Shown here: in pieces, positions 28,530-39,732 of the stretch
How positions within the stretch are numbered: position 1 is the first letter of the stretch
Layout: the number at the start of each line of letters is the position of its first letter
NCBI GenBank assembly: GCA_016188265.1
Contig: JACPID010000021.1
Span: forward strand, 15,051 to 79,050
Length of the DNA: 64,000 nucleotides
Direction of reading: 5' to 3'
From: Candidatus Woesearchaeota archaeon
GTDB lineage: Archaea; Nanobdellota; Nanobdellia; Woesearchaeales; ARS49
The notes under the pieces: generated by a model
The model's database searches: none
Told to the model about the DNA's origin: nothing
The model's input: the letters and a program-made list of their open reading frames with translations, nothing else
Position numbers and translations under genes: made by a program

Positions 28530-29456
28530 CTATCTTATAATTTTATACTTTGCCCTGTTTTTTTCAACCCACATTATTGCAGCAACACCAGCATGAACTC
28601 TTCCATCATTTAATGTCCAAGGAATTGCTGTTGCTGCATTCAAATATAATTCTCCGCTCCAATTATTTTCAAGAATTGTTTTTTCTGAAAGAGTTACTGC
28701 TTTTGCGCCTGCTTCATGAATATGCCCAAATATTCCAAAAAAGATTTTTTCAGTATTAATAAGCTGTGCTAATTCTTCGCTTCCCACATTTCCTGCGCCA
28801 TATGCAATATCAATAGCATTTTCAGTTTTTCCTTTAGGGGGCGAGTGTGAAACAAGCACTATTGGATCTTTTGCTTTTTTAATTAAAGGTTTTAATATGC
28901 CTATATCTTTTTGAGAAAACACAAATCCATTTGCTACTGTTCTCCAGTTTTCAAAATATCCTGGAACAAATGCAACATCTGCATCATCGCCATCAAAATA
29001 ACGAAAGGTTGTTCCATCAATCACATTATTTTTGTTTACTCTTGTTAAAGCAGAGAAATATGCTTCTTTTGGATCATGATTTCCAGGAATAACAAAAACA
29101 GGAAGACCAGCATCTGCCGCTAAACTAATCAATTGGTAAATTTGTTCTTCATCACTCAACATTTCAGGTGTTTTTCTAAAATGTTCAGCTATATCTCCTG
29201 TAAAAATTATGTATTCTACATTTTGTTTTCTAAATTCATCGAGAAATTTTTGAACTCTGTTAATATTTCCATGAGCATCGCTAATTACTCCAAAAACAGC
29301 CACATTATTAATATCAGGAGTTTTTTGAGCAAAAACAGCTCCATTTTCTTTATATCTCTGATCATTTATTATTCGTTCTTTCAAAGAAAAACAACTAGAT
29401 AAAATAATAAGAGCAATAATCAAATACCACCAATTTTTCTGCATATTTCTTTTCAT
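28530..29456 (-). CDS. secreted calcineurin-like metallophosphoesterase
   Basis: Signal peptide plus GDIAEH, GNHD and GHIHE motifs. Confidence 0.65.
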   Translation of the reverse strand: MKRNMQKNWWYLIIALIILSSCFSLKERIINDQRYKENGAVFAQKTPDINNVAVFGVISDAHGNINRVQKFLDEFRKQNVEYIIFTGDIAEHFRKTPEMLSDEEQIYQLISLAADAGLPVFVIPGNHDPKEAYFSALTRVNKNNVIDGTTFRYFDGDDADVAFVPGYFENWRTVANGFVFSQKDIGILKPLIKKAKDPIVLVSHSPPKGKTENAIDIAYGAGNVGSEELAQLINTEKIFFGIFGHIHEAGAKAVTLSEKTILENNWSGELYLNAATAIPWTLNDGRVHAGVAAIMWVEKNRAKYKIIR

Positions 29457-29646
29457 ACTGCGAAATTAAGTTTTTTAAGTTCTGAAGGTTTAAATAAATT
29501 ATGTTTTTTCTCATCAATATATGAGCAAAAGTATTCCCATTAAACTAATTATAGAAGAACAAAACGCGCTTATTGGAATTTTTATTTTTTTATCAATTAT
29601 TGGAATTGGACTGATAATTTTTCTTCTAGTGAAGAAAGTATTTGAA

Positions 29647-30054
29647 TCAGATCCTTAATATAACATCAAGCTCTCTTGCGGTTTTTTTTAAATCTTCAAA
29701 TGTTTGATCTAAATCTTTTTTAACATCTTCAATTAATCTTTCCAGCATATAATCACGCAGAATGTATTTTTTATGCTCTTGAAGTATTAAGCCTGATTCA
29801 AGCATTTTGTTTAAATGATGGACAACAGTTCCTCGACTTAAATTTGTGCGGTCTGCTAATTCATCGCTTGATAATGATTGATTAATTTTAGCAGCTTTTA
29901 CAAATTCTACAAATAAACGAAAACAACTTTTATCTTTATCTCTCAAGTGAAATAAGCCTAAGCTGTTTCCCAGCCACTGCAGTTCTTCATTTATTGAAAT
30001 GTGTTTTGGCTTAATTAATCTTATTATTGTAATTTGTTTTTTAATAATTCCCAT
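29647..30054 (-). CDS. HTH transcriptional regulator
   Basis: wHTH-like ELADRTNLSRGTVVHHLNKMLESGLI. Confidence 0.4.
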   Translation of the reverse strand: MGIIKKQITIIRLIKPKHISINEELQWLGNSLGLFHLRDKDKSCFRLFVEFVKAAKINQSLSSDELADRTNLSRGTVVHHLNKMLESGLILQEHKKYILRDYMLERLIEDVKKDLDQTFEDLKKTARELDVILRI

Positions 30055-30069
30055 TTTTTTAACCTAATT

Positions 30070-30435
30070 TTAACCTAAATAAGCCGGTGGAATTGATTCT
30101 TGTTTTATTATATTTTCAGTTTTCTTTGCAAGTTTTTTTTGTGTTCTCTCTGCCTTAAGCAGTGATTCTGATTTTTTTATTTTACCAAAGTTTGATTCAT
30201 AATTTGATATAACATTTTTTAATACGTCAATTAATGCTTTTGCCTGCCAGGGTTCCATCATAACCACATTATGTATAAGTTGAAAGCTTGGTGTTTTATT
30301 TCTAGGGTCTGAACGTGGAGTTATGCATTTAAAATCAAGGCTTATTTGCAGTGGAGTAAAGTTAATTGTGGCCTCGTGTGCAAAAAATGGTTGGCCTTCT
30401 ACTATGTGCATATTGATTTGTGTTTTTTCTGTCAT
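30070..30435 (-). CDS. hypothetical protein (DUF3467-like)
   Basis: 121 aa; no catalytic motif. Confidence 0.3.
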   Translation of the reverse strand: MTEKTQINMHIVEGQPFFAHEATINFTPLQISLDFKCITPRSDPRNKTPSFQLIHNVVMMEPWQAKALIDVLKNVISNYESNFGKIKKSESLLKAERTQKKLAKKTENIIKQESIPPAYLG

Positions 30436-30581
30436 AAAAAATAACCTCCGCTAAACTTTTGTTTGATTCATTATAGAAGTTGCAATATTTAAACTTTTCC
30501 AAAATATAAACAAAATATTTAAATATTAGTTCAGTTTACCGTTATTCTAGTTGATCTTAAATCAACTAAAGTTAAAATACG

Positions 30582-31139
30582 ATGACTAAAAAAACAGAAG
30601 AAAAAGAAAATAAGGCATTTTCAGAAACTCCTGCAAAAGAAATGGAAAACTTAAAGCATGAGTTAAATGAAAAACAAAAGCTTGTTGAAGATTATATAGA
30701 TCATTTAAAGAGATTGCAAGCTGAATTTGAAAATTATACAAAACGTATTGAAAAAGAAAGAGAAGAATTCAAAAAACACTCGACAAATACGTTGATAAAA
30801 AGGTTATTAACAACACTTGATGAATTTGAAAGTGCGCTTAATGCATGCAAAGCAATGCCTGAAGTTGTTCAGGGATTTGAGTTGGTGTATAAGAATTTCA
30901 AAAAAACACTTGAACAAGAAGGTGTGAAAGAAATTGAAGCAAAAGAAAAAAATCTCGACCCTATGCTTCATGAAGTTGTACTTCAAGAAAAAACAAGCAA
31001 ACAAGCTGAAAATACTGTATTGGAAGTTTTGCAAAAAGGATACACTCTTCATGAAGCAGTATTAAGGCCCGTGAGAGTAAAAATAGCAAAATCAGAAGAA
31101 GAAGATAAAAATAACTGTGAGAAAAAAGAAAATGATTGA
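30582..31139 (+). CDS. grpE: nucleotide exchange factor GrpE
   Basis: LQAEFENYTKRIEKE and the C-terminal beta domain. It sits upstream of dnaK. Confidence 0.85.
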   Translation: MTKKTEEKENKAFSETPAKEMENLKHELNEKQKLVEDYIDHLKRLQAEFENYTKRIEKEREEFKKHSTNTLIKRLLTTLDEFESALNACKAMPEVVQGFELVYKNFKKTLEQEGVKEIEAKEKNLDPMLHEVVLQEKTSKQAENTVLEVLQKGYTLHEAVLRPVRVKIAKSEEEDKNNCEKKEND

Positions 31140-31752
31140 AGTAATTTATTGGGATCTTGGAGGAGTTTGTGTTACAGATAATGTTGCGCCAGTATTTGAA
31201 GAATATAGAATTGGTTATGGAAAGCAACAAAAAGAAGCATGGGCTAAACAAAGAGTAGGAAAAATAACTTTAAGCCAATTTTTTGATGAAGCATTAAAAG
31301 GAACTTGTCTTGAAAGTAAAATTCAAGAAATAAAGCAAAGAGCACAAGATATTATTCAAATCCAGCCTAATGGCGCAGTTCCAATTGTTAAACAACTTCA
31401 TGGACAAAAAAAATACAGGCAAGGTGTTTTATCTAATCATTCAATAGAATGGGGAAACTATATTTTAGATAACTTAAGTTTAAGGCAATATTTTGATCCT
31501 TCACTAATAATTGTTTCAGAACAAGTACAAATGTCAAAGCCAGATCCATTGATATTTCATTTAGCTCATAGGCTTGCATTCACAGATCCTGATAAATTGT
31601 TATTTTTTGACAACCAAGAACAAAATGTTGAAGCAGCACGTAAATCAGGTTTAAATGCAGAGTTATTTATTGATACTGATAAAGCAGTTAATGACTTAAT
31701 AAAATATGGAATCAAAATTAAAGATCATGAAGATAAATTAGGAGGTAAATAA
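31117..31752 (+). CDS. HAD-superfamily hydrolase-like protein with atypical motif I (WDLGG)
   Basis: Motifs II (LSNHS), III (K) and IV (FFDNQEQN) are present. Motif I lacks the second Asp. Confidence 0.5.
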   Translation: MRKKKMIEVIYWDLGGVCVTDNVAPVFEEYRIGYGKQQKEAWAKQRVGKITLSQFFDEALKGTCLESKIQEIKQRAQDIIQIQPNGAVPIVKQLHGQKKYRQGVLSNHSIEWGNYILDNLSLRQYFDPSLIIVSEQVQMSKPDPLIFHLAHRLAFTDPDKLLFFDNQEQNVEAARKSGLNAELFIDTDKAVNDLIKYGIKIKDHEDKLGGK

Positions 31753-31753
31753 A

Positions 31754-33592
31754 ATGGGAAAAATCATAGGTATAGATCTTGGAACATCTAATTCAGCAGC
31801 AGCAGTATTGGAAGGAGGAAGGCCGAAAATAGTTCCTAGCGCAGAAGGCGCAAGTTTGTACGGAAAGGCATTTCCATCAATTGTAGCATTTACCAAAGAT
31901 GGACAAGTTCTTGTTGGAGAGCCAGCAAAACGCCAGGCTGTTTCTAATCCAGAAGGAACTGTTATGGCTGCAAAAAGAAAAATGGGAACTAATTTTAAAT
32001 ACAAACTCCATGGCAAAGAATACAGTCCTCAGCAAATATCAGCGTTTATTCTTCAAAAAATAAAGCGAGATGCAGAAGCATTCTTAGGAGAAAAAGTTGA
32101 CAAAGCAGTTATTACAGTACCTGCTTATTTTGATGACAATCAGCGTCAAGCAACTAAAGATGCAGGAACAATCGCTGGATTAGAAGTTGTTCGAATAATT
32201 AACGAACCAACAGCTGCAGCACTAGCATACGGGCTTGATAAATCAAGTAAAGAACAAACAATTCTTGTTTTTGATTTTGGAGGAGGAACCTTAGATGTTA
32301 CAATAATGGAGTTTGGAGATGGCGTGTTTGAAGTTAAAAGCACAAGCGGAGATACAGAACTTGGCGGAACAGACATGGATAATTCAGTAATTAACTATGT
32401 TGTTAATGAGTTTAAACGTGAAACAGGTGTTGATTTAGGTGATGATGCTGTAGCAATGCAAAGAATAAGAGAAGCTGCAGAAAAAGCAAAAATAGAGTTG
32501 TCAACAGTTCTTGAAACAGACATCAATCTGCCATTTATTTCTGCAACACATCAAGGACCAAAACACTTAGTTATGAAATTAACAAGAGCAAAACTTGAAG
32601 AATTAGTTGATCCTATTGTTCAACGTTGTAAGAAAAGCATAGATACTGCACTAAAAGATGCAAGTCTTGCTAAAGGCCAAAATTTAAAAGTTATTCTTGT
32701 TGGAGGGCCAACACGCATGCCAATTGTCCAAAAATATGTTGGACAATGGGCTGGCAAAGCTGAAAGAGGTGTTGATCCTATGGAATGTGTTGCTGCAGGA
32801 GCAGGCATTCAAGGGGGAGTTCTTTCAGGAGATGTAAAAGATATTCTTCTCTTAGACGTCACTCCATTAAGTTTAGGAATTGAAACTCTCGGAGGAGTAT
32901 TTACTAAACTTATTGAGAAAAATACAACTATTCCAACTAAAAAATCACAGATCTTTAGTACAGCAGCAGATAATCAAACAGCTGTAACTATCAGAGTATT
33001 TCAAGGAGAAAGACCTATGGCTGAACATAATAAATTACTAAGCCAGTTTGATCTAGTTGGCATTCCAGCAGCTCCCAGAGGAGTGCCTCAAATTGAAGTT
33101 GCATTTGACATTGATGCAAATGGTATTTTGAATGTTTCGGCAAAGGATAAAGGAACTGGAAAAGAGCAAAGCATCAAAATTACATCACCACATAAGTTAA
33201 GTGAAGAAGAAATTGAAAAAATGAAAAAACAAGCAGAAGAATTTTCTGAAGAAGATAAAAAGCGTAAAGAAGAAGTTGAAACTGTCAATCAAGCAGATAC
33301 GCTGGTTTACACAACAGAAAAAACTCTCAAAGATATGGAAGGCAAAGTTAACCAGAAGGATATTGATGAAATTAAAGCAAAAAGCGAAGACTTGAAGAAA
33401 CTCTTAAAAGAAGAAAAGAAAAATGTGGAAGCTATAAAGAAAAAAATGGAAGAATTAATACAAATAGCCCAAAAAGCTGCAACTGAACTTTATCAAAAAG
33501 CAGCAGCTGAACAGCCTAAAACAGAACAAAACAGCCAAAAAAATGAAGATGTTGTAGATGCTGAAGTTGTTGATGAGAAAAAGAAAAAGTAA
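31754..33592 (+). CDS. dnaK: chaperone DnaK (Hsp70)
   Basis: [22 protein letters not shown]-like, and a full 612-aa Hsp70. Confidence 0.95.
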   Translation: MGKIIGIDLGTSNSAAAVLEGGRPKIVPSAEGASLYGKAFPSIVAFTKDGQVLVGEPAKRQAVSNPEGTVMAAKRKMGTNFKYKLHGKEYSPQQISAFILQKIKRDAEAFLGEKVDKAVITVPAYFDDNQRQATKDAGTIAGLEVVRIINEPTAAALAYGLDKSSKEQTILVFDFGGGTLDVTIMEFGDGVFEVKSTSGDTELGGTDMDNSVINYVVNEFKRETGVDLGDDAVAMQRIREAAEKAKIELSTVLETDINLPFISATHQGPKHLVMKLTRAKLEELVDPIVQRCKKSIDTALKDASLAKGQNLKVILVGGPTRMPIVQKYVGQWAGKAERGVDPMECVAAGAGIQGGVLSGDVKDILLLDVTPLSLGIETLGGVFTKLIEKNTTIPTKKSQIFSTAADNQTAVTIRVFQGERPMAEHNKLLSQFDLVGIPAAPRGVPQIEVAFDIDANGILNVSAKDKGTGKEQSIKITSPHKLSEEEIEKMKKQAEEFSEEDKKRKEEVETVNQADTLVYTTEKTLKDMEGKVNQKDIDEIKAKSEDLKKLLKEEKKNVEAIKKKMEELIQIAQKAATELYQKAAAEQPKTEQNSQKNEDVVDAEVVDEKKKK

Positions 33593-33757
33593 ACTACACT
33601 GCCACAACATTAATAAATGAGAAAGCATTACAATATCAATAATACATGGAAAATACCATTTTTTATTGGGCTTTAGGAATATTAATTGCATCTTACATAA
33701 TTCAAAAATATTTATTATCTAGAAAAAATACAAGCTCCTTGTACGAAAAAGAACTCA

Positions 33758-34462
33758 ATGACATCCTCACTAAAGACGAGTACAAAGTCAAAGGACGTTT
33801 TGAAGAATAAACTAATAATTTTAGATCTTGATCAGACATTGATTGATCTTGTTGAATTTCATGATGCAGCTTTTTCAAGAGCATTTTTTGATGTATTTGG
33901 AGTAAAAACAACTTTTAAAAAAATAAGCTTTACAGGCAAAACATATCATCAAATAACTGAAGAATTATGCAAGCTTGAAAATATTGATAAAGAAACTGCT
34001 GAAAAAGGAATAGTGAAAGTAATTCAAAATTTCAAGCAATATTTTCCTGAAATTTTAAAAGAAAAAAAAACAGTTACTCCATTGCCAGGCGCAAAAGAAT
34101 TGTTAAAAGCACTTAAAAATTATAATTTAGTCCTTACAACAGCTTCGCCATCTGAAGCAGTGCAACCAGTTCTTGAAAAAGCAAAACTCACTTATTTTCC
34201 AACAATTCTTACTGGAGATAATGCAAATACTAAAGTTGAATTAGTTAAGTTAGCAAAAAAAATAGCAGATCCAAAAAACAAACTTGAAACATTTATAATC
34301 GGCGATTCTATAGAAGACATAAAAGCAGCAAAAATTATCGGTGCAAAAACTATAGGAATAACAACAGGAATTCATTCTGAAAAAGAATTAAAGGAAGCTG
34401 GAGCAGACCATGTATTTCCAAATTTACTTTGTGAAGAAATTCTCAAAATAATAGGTGAATAA
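33758..34462 (+). CDS. HAD-superfamily phosphatase (DxD type)
   Basis: Motifs I (LDLDQTL), II (TTASPS) and IV ([11 protein letters not shown]). The start codon is uncertain. Confidence 0.6.
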   Translation: MTSSLKTSTKSKDVLKNKLIILDLDQTLIDLVEFHDAAFSRAFFDVFGVKTTFKKISFTGKTYHQITEELCKLENIDKETAEKGIVKVIQNFKQYFPEILKEKKTVTPLPGAKELLKALKNYNLVLTTASPSEAVQPVLEKAKLTYFPTILTGDNANTKVELVKLAKKIADPKNKLETFIIGDSIEDIKAAKIIGAKTIGITTGIHSEKELKEAGADHVFPNLLCEEILKIIGE

Positions 34463-34464
34463 TC

Positions 34465-35544
34465 ATGAGCAAAGATTATTATGCAATTTTAGGCATTGAA
34501 AAAAATGCATCTCAAGAAGAAGTTAAAAAAGCATATAAAAAATTAGCAAAAAAATATCATCCTGACTTAAATAAAGATCCTGATGCAACAGAAAAATTTA
34601 AAGAAATCAATGAAGCTGCTGCAGTTCTTGCAGATCCTGAAAAAAGATCGCATTATGACCAGTATGGAACTGCAGATTTCAGCCATGGCGCAGAAGGATT
34701 TGATTTTAGAGATTTTGCTTCTGGCGCAGGATTTGATTTTGATGATATTTTCGACCAGTTCTTTTCAGGCTTTGGATTTGGACCTTCCAAAGGATCGCGC
34801 CATCGTGGAAGTGATTTAATGACTGAAGTAACCATTACTCTTGAAGAAGCAGCAAAAGGTGTGAAAAAAGAAATTAATATTCATACACATGTTATTTGCA
34901 AAGAATGCAATGGAGCAGGAGGGCATGGTGTTGAAAATTGTCAAGTTTGCAAAGGTTCAGGAAATATAAAACATGTCAGACGCACACCATTTGGTGTTTT
35001 TTCAACAACAACATCATGCACAGAATGCCAAGGAATTGGAGAATCTTTAAGAGAAATATGTTCTTCTTGCAGAGGCAGTGGCAGAGTTCATGATAAAAAA
35101 AAGCTTGAAGTAAAAATCCCTGCAGGCATTGAAGAAGGAATGAAGCTTCGAGTTGCAAAACAAGGGGAAGCAGGTGAACGCGGCGGAACAAGCGGAGATT
35201 TATATGTTATAGTCCATGTTGAAGAACATAAATATTTTGTTAGAAAAGGAAATGAGTTATTGCTAGAATTTCCAATTAGCTTTGCTACAGCATGTTTAGG
35301 GGGAGAAGTTGAAGTTCCAACAATTGATGGATTAACAAAAATAAAAATTCCCGCAGGAACTAAAAGTGGGAGTATATTAAGAATAAAAAACAAAGGCATG
35401 CCCGACGTACAAACTGGAGAGCTCGGACATGAAAACATAACTGTTATTGTTGAAGTTCCAAAAAAACTTAGTAAAAGACAAGTGGAATTAATTAAAGAAT
35501 TTGAAGAATCACTTGATAAAAAGAAAAAAAGCTGGTTTTTTTAA
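34465..35544 (+). CDS. dnaJ: chaperone DnaJ
   Basis: J-domain (YYAILGI...HPD), a G/F region and four CxxCxGxG zinc-finger repeats. Confidence 0.9.
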   Translation: MSKDYYAILGIEKNASQEEVKKAYKKLAKKYHPDLNKDPDATEKFKEINEAAAVLADPEKRSHYDQYGTADFSHGAEGFDFRDFASGAGFDFDDIFDQFFSGFGFGPSKGSRHRGSDLMTEVTITLEEAAKGVKKEINIHTHVICKECNGAGGHGVENCQVCKGSGNIKHVRRTPFGVFSTTTSCTECQGIGESLREICSSCRGSGRVHDKKKLEVKIPAGIEEGMKLRVAKQGEAGERGGTSGDLYVIVHVEEHKYFVRKGNELLLEFPISFATACLGGEVEVPTIDGLTKIKIPAGTKSGSILRIKNKGMPDVQTGELGHENITVIVEVPKKLSKRQVELIKEFEESLDKKKKSWFF

Positions 35545-35550
35545 CAATTT

Positions 35551-37494
35551 TTACTTCAACTCAACTTTCAAACCTTTCATCTTTATTAACAATTTTATTT
35601 GTTCTACAAAATCTGCTCTTTTAATTCCAAAATATACTTTTCCATCAAGTGTTCTTACTGCTAGGGTATTTCCAACTTCTTCTTTTTCACCGACTGTTAA
35701 TATTAGCGGTATTTTTTGTAATTGAGCTTCTCTCACTTTTTTATTCATTGTTTCAGCAGAATCTTTTATCTCAACTCGTATTCCAGACTCTTTTAGTTCT
35801 TTTGCAACATCTTGAGCATAGGGTATAAATCTATCTGCAATTGTTAATATTTGAACTTGCACAGGCGTAAGCCATAATGGCAATTTTCCTGCAAAATGCT
35901 CAACTAATATTCCTGCAAATCTTTCAAGGCTTCCAAGTATTGCTCTATGAATCATTACAATTTTATGTTTTTTCCCATCAGCATCAACATATTCTGCATT
36001 AAATCTTTCAGGCAATTGAAAATCTAATTGTATTGTTGCGCATTGCCAAGTTCTTCCCAAACAATCTTTAACATGAAAATCAATTTTTGGCCCATAAAAC
36101 GCACCATCACCAGGATTAAGCTTGTAATTAATTTTTGACTGGTTTAAAGCATCAATTAAAACTTGTTCTGCTTTTGCCCACAACAGTTCATCTCCCAACG
36201 CCTTTTCTGGCTTTGTACTTAACTCAACATTGTAATCAAAATCAAAAGTATCTTTATAAACAAATTTAATAAAATCAATTAAGCTGAGAATTTCCAACTG
36301 TATTTGGTCAGACGTACAAAATATATGCGCATCATCTTGACAAAGCTTTCTCACTCTAAATAAACCGCTAAGAGTTCCTCTTATTTCATTTCTGTGCAAT
36401 GACCCAAAATCAGCATATCTTAAAGGCAGTTCCCTATAACTTCTAACTTTACTTGTATACATAAGCAAGTGCGAAGGACAATTCATTGGTTTCAGTGCAA
36501 ACTCTTGGCCATCTGCTTCAGTTAAAAAAATGTTCTCTTTATAGTGCTGCCAATGCCCGCTTTTTTCCCACAATGCTTTATTAAATATTTGAGGAGTAAA
36601 AACCTCGCTATAACCTCTTTTAAAATATTCTTCTCGTAAAAAATTAACAAGTTCATTAATAATAACAGCGCCTTTTGGATAAAAAAAAACACTGCCAGGA
36701 CTCCAATCATGAAACATAAATAATTCAAGTTCTTGGCCTATTCTGCGATGGTCTCTTTTTTTAGCTTCTTCTAAAAAATTCAAATATTCATCAAGCTGTT
36801 TTTTTGATGGAAAACTTGTTCCATAAACCCGCGTCAATTGTTTATTCTTAGAATCTCCCCTCCAAAATGCCCCTGCAAGCTTCATTAATTTTATTGCTTT
36901 CATCATACTTGTACTAGTAACATGCGGTCCCTCACACAAGTCTTCAAAATCACCTTGCCGGTATGTTGTTAACTTTTCTCCTTTTTGCAGAAAATCCTCA
37001 GCCAATTCTTTTTTGTAAGAATTGCCTGGAAATAATTTTTTAATATCTTCCAAAGAAACTAGTTTTTTCTCAAAATAAAGATCAGCTTCAATTATTTTCT
37101 GCATTTCTGATTCAATTTTTGGAAAATCTTCAGGAGTAATATTTAAATCATCAAAATCATAATAAAAGCCTTCATCAACAGGCGGCCCAATTGTATTTTT
37201 TGCATTAGAATATAATCTTTTTATTGCATGTGCAAGAACATGCGCAGACGAGTGCCTGAATGCATATTTTCCTTCTTCATCTTCAAAAGTTAAAATTTTT
37301 ATTTTAGCATCCTTTTTAATAGGAGCATCAAGGCTCGTTATATCATCATCTATTTTTATGCAAAGAGCTTCTTTTGCTAATTTATGGCTTATGCTCTTAG
37401 CAATTTCTCTGCCAGTCACTCCTTTTTCAAACTCCTTCTTTGACCCATCTGGAAAAGTTAATATTACAGCCATATTAAATCTAAAATATAACAT
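35551..37494 (-). CDS. thrS: threonyl-tRNA synthetase
   Basis: TGS N-terminus, editing-domain His cluster (RHSSAHVLAH), class II core and anticodon-binding domain. 647 aa. Confidence 0.9.
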   Translation of the reverse strand: MLYFRFNMAVILTFPDGSKKEFEKGVTGREIAKSISHKLAKEALCIKIDDDITSLDAPIKKDAKIKILTFEDEEGKYAFRHSSAHVLAHAIKRLYSNAKNTIGPPVDEGFYYDFDDLNITPEDFPKIESEMQKIIEADLYFEKKLVSLEDIKKLFPGNSYKKELAEDFLQKGEKLTTYRQGDFEDLCEGPHVTSTSMMKAIKLMKLAGAFWRGDSKNKQLTRVYGTSFPSKKQLDEYLNFLEEAKKRDHRRIGQELELFMFHDWSPGSVFFYPKGAVIINELVNFLREEYFKRGYSEVFTPQIFNKALWEKSGHWQHYKENIFLTEADGQEFALKPMNCPSHLLMYTSKVRSYRELPLRYADFGSLHRNEIRGTLSGLFRVRKLCQDDAHIFCTSDQIQLEILSLIDFIKFVYKDTFDFDYNVELSTKPEKALGDELLWAKAEQVLIDALNQSKINYKLNPGDGAFYGPKIDFHVKDCLGRTWQCATIQLDFQLPERFNAEYVDADGKKHKIVMIHRAILGSLERFAGILVEHFAGKLPLWLTPVQVQILTIADRFIPYAQDVAKELKESGIRVEIKDSAETMNKKVREAQLQKIPLILTVGEKEEVGNTLAVRTLDGKVYFGIKRADFVEQIKLLIKMKGLKVELK

Positions 37495-37527
37495 ATATTA
37501 AAATGTTATTAGAATTTTGCTAATTGT

Positions 37528-37566
37528 CAAGAACTACCTGCTAAAGTAAATAGCGTGTAGTTCTTG
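37528..37566. promoter_or_regulatory. Palindromic hairpin R3, copy 1, 33 nt upstream of the thrS start
   Basis: CAAGAACTAC-N19-GTAGTTCTTG is a 10-bp perfect inverted repeat. The same stem recurs at 41884..41921 with an inverted loop. Confidence 0.6.
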
Positions 37567-37575
37567 ATCACAATC

Positions 37576-37636
37576 GAAAACTGCTCGTCATTATCTACAG
37601 ACTAAAGATCTGTAAAGTTATTCAAGAGCAGTTTTC
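37576..37636. terminator. Nested inverted repeat downstream of the HEPN/MNT operon
   Basis: GAAAACTGCTC-39nt-GAGCAGTTTTC (11 bp) encloses TACAGA..TCTGTA. Confidence 0.4.
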
Positions 37637-37648
37637 TATGTCTAAAAA

Positions 37649-38116
37649 TCATTCTTTTAATTTTTCTTTTATAACATCTTTTAGTTTTCTGACATATAAT
37701 TTTGTTTGTAATTCTATTTCTTTAAAATCTCTTTTATTGATCTTCTGACCATAATACTGTATTCCGTTTCTTTTGGTTCTGATTTTTTCAAAAAAATTCC
37801 AATTAAAATCAAGCGCTGAATGATTAACACATAAGTATGCAAAAAGACATAAATGATTAAGAGAACTAATCCCATCAAATCTTAGTAAAGCATCAACAAG
37901 CTTATGCAATGCATCATAATATGAAGTATAAACATTATTCCATAAAATACTCTTATCATCTAAACCATTCATTATTTTATTACCCGCTTCAACATCCCCT
38001 TCAGCAAAATCCAATAAAGCTTTAACGCTCTCAATATCTATTTCTTCAAGATGATTTATTTGCCCTTTAACACTACATTGTTCAAAACACTCTTCAGCAG
38101 TTCTAAACTCAATCAT
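37649..38116 (-). CDS. HEPN-domain protein (toxin-like partner of MNT)
   Basis: All-alpha 155-aa protein with RTKRNGIQYYG near the C-terminus. It overlaps the upstream NTase gene by 4 nt. Confidence 0.45.
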   Translation of the reverse strand: MIEFRTAEECFEQCSVKGQINHLEEIDIESVKALLDFAEGDVEAGNKIMNGLDDKSILWNNVYTSYYDALHKLVDALLRFDGISSLNHLCLFAYLCVNHSALDFNWNFFEKIRTKRNGIQYYGQKINKRDFKEIELQTKLYVRKLKDVIKEKLKE

Positions 38117-38667
38117 ACTAAATTTTTCACCTCGACAAAATCAATATTTCCTTTAACAAAATTCCCCCTAATAATATTTTTTATTAACCCATCACTAAAT
38201 TTTTTTAAATCATTTTTACCACAACACTCAAATAATTGTATTTCTCTACCTAAAATTGATTCATACTTCCCGAGCTTAAAACCATCAGCGCTACCATAAA
38301 CAAACAAATCAATATCACTATTGCTATGCCAATCAGAACGTGCAAAACTACCAAAAATAATAACTGTTTCTGCTTTAGGCAAACTCATCAAATGGTTAAG
38401 AAAACCTGTGATGTAAAAATTTTGCAGAGTATATAATCTTTTTTTGTTCTTGTAAGCAGGATTAGAAAAATCGCCAATATAATAAGGCATTCTTTTTTTT
38501 TCTTTAACTTTTTTAATTAAACTTTCACTGATAAATCTATTAAGCCATTTGTTAACCTTATCTCTACTTAAACCTGATTTTTTGACAATTTCTTCAAAAT
38601 GCCAATGCTTAGAACCTTCATTAAAAAAAAGCTCTAAAACATTTTCTTCTTTACTAGGCAAACCCAT
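38113..38667 (-). CDS. minimal nucleotidyltransferase (MNT) with N-terminal wHTH
   Basis: IFGSFARSDWHSNSDIDLFV is the Pol-beta superfamily NTase motif. Confidence 0.6.
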   Translation of the reverse strand: MGLPSKEENVLELFFNEGSKHWHFEEIVKKSGLSRDKVNKWLNRFISESLIKKVKEKKRMPYYIGDFSNPAYKNKKRLYTLQNFYITGFLNHLMSLPKAETVIIFGSFARSDWHSNSDIDLFVYGSADGFKLGKYESILGREIQLFECCGKNDLKKFSDGLIKNIIRGNFVKGNIDFVEVKNLV

Positions 38668-38817
38668 AATAGTATCTTTAAAAGGGATTATTATTTATAA
38701 ACTTTTCTAGTTTGTTTGTAAAAAAAAACAAAAAATAATTCATTATCACTCCTTTTAGCTATTAAGATAGATTTCACAATCACCAGTTTTATAAATTAAA
38801 AAAAGAATAATTATGTT

Positions 38818-39723
38818 ATGAAAGCATTAGTTACTGGCGGTACTGGTTTTATTGGATCAAATCTTGTTCTTAAACTTCTAGAATACAATTATGAAATATT
38901 TGCAACAGGCGGTGATAGAGAGCAAAAGTTTAATGAAAAGGTCAACTATCTAGGCCAAAACTTTTCAAATTTAGATTTGAAAAAACTAGGAAAACTGGAT
39001 TTTTTATTTCATCAAGCTGCAATAAATGAAACCACTTTATTGGATAAAGAATTAATGTTTAAAATTAATGTTGAAGAACCAAAAATATTGTTTAAAGATG
39101 CTGTTAATAATGGGTGCAATAATATTGTATACGCATCATCAACTGCAGTTTATGGCGATGTTACGCCTCCTTATGTTGAAAATATGCCTGTAAATCCGTT
39201 AAATCCTTATGGAGAATCTAAAAAATTACTTGATGATTTTGCAATGGAATTTGCAGAAGAGCATAAAAATGTTATTATTGTAGGCTTGCGTTACTGCAAT
39301 GTTTATGGCCCTGGAGAAGCTCATAAAAAAAAACGTTCCAGTATGATTTATCAGCTTGCGCAACAAATGATTAAAAGCAATCCTAAAATTTTTAGATGTG
39401 GAGAGCAAAAAAGAGATTTTATTTATATAAAAGATGTAGTTAGAGCAAACCTTCTTGCAGCTAGATCTAAGGAAAGTTGTGTTGTAAATTGTGGCTATGG
39501 AAAAGCAACAAGTTTTAATAATATAATTTTAATTTTAAATGAAGTCTTAGGAATGAATAAAAAACCAGAATACATTGATAATCCTTATGAATCAATGTAT
39601 CAAAACCATACTGAATGCAGTATGAGTTTAGCAAAAGAAAAACTAGGATTTGTTCCTCAATTTGATATTAGAGCTGGAATTAAGGATTATTATAATAGTG
39701 GTTTTTTAGCAAATAATAGCTGA
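38818..39723 (+). CDS. NAD-dependent sugar epimerase/dehydratase
   Basis: The Rossmann motif VTGGTGFIGSNL and a YxxxK context (YGESKKL). Confidence 0.8.
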   Translation: MKALVTGGTGFIGSNLVLKLLEYNYEIFATGGDREQKFNEKVNYLGQNFSNLDLKKLGKLDFLFHQAAINETTLLDKELMFKINVEEPKILFKDAVNNGCNNIVYASSTAVYGDVTPPYVENMPVNPLNPYGESKKLLDDFAMEFAEEHKNVIIVGLRYCNVYGPGEAHKKKRSSMIYQLAQQMIKSNPKIFRCGEQKRDFIYIKDVVRANLLAARSKESCVVNCGYGKATSFNNIILILNEVLGMNKKPEYIDNPYESMYQNHTECSMSLAKEKLGFVPQFDIRAGIKDYYNSGFLANNS

Positions 39724-39732
39724 GGAAATCTG

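Noticed and set aside
1239-35438. Antisense or embedded ORFs inside polX, ppsA, dnaK, dnaJ, thrS and the AAA gene (e.g. 1239..1532, 21304..21612, 32146..32376, 35088..35438, 36522..36728, 54560..55000)
   Set aside because: They overlap strongly supported conserved genes on the other strand and have low-complexity translations.
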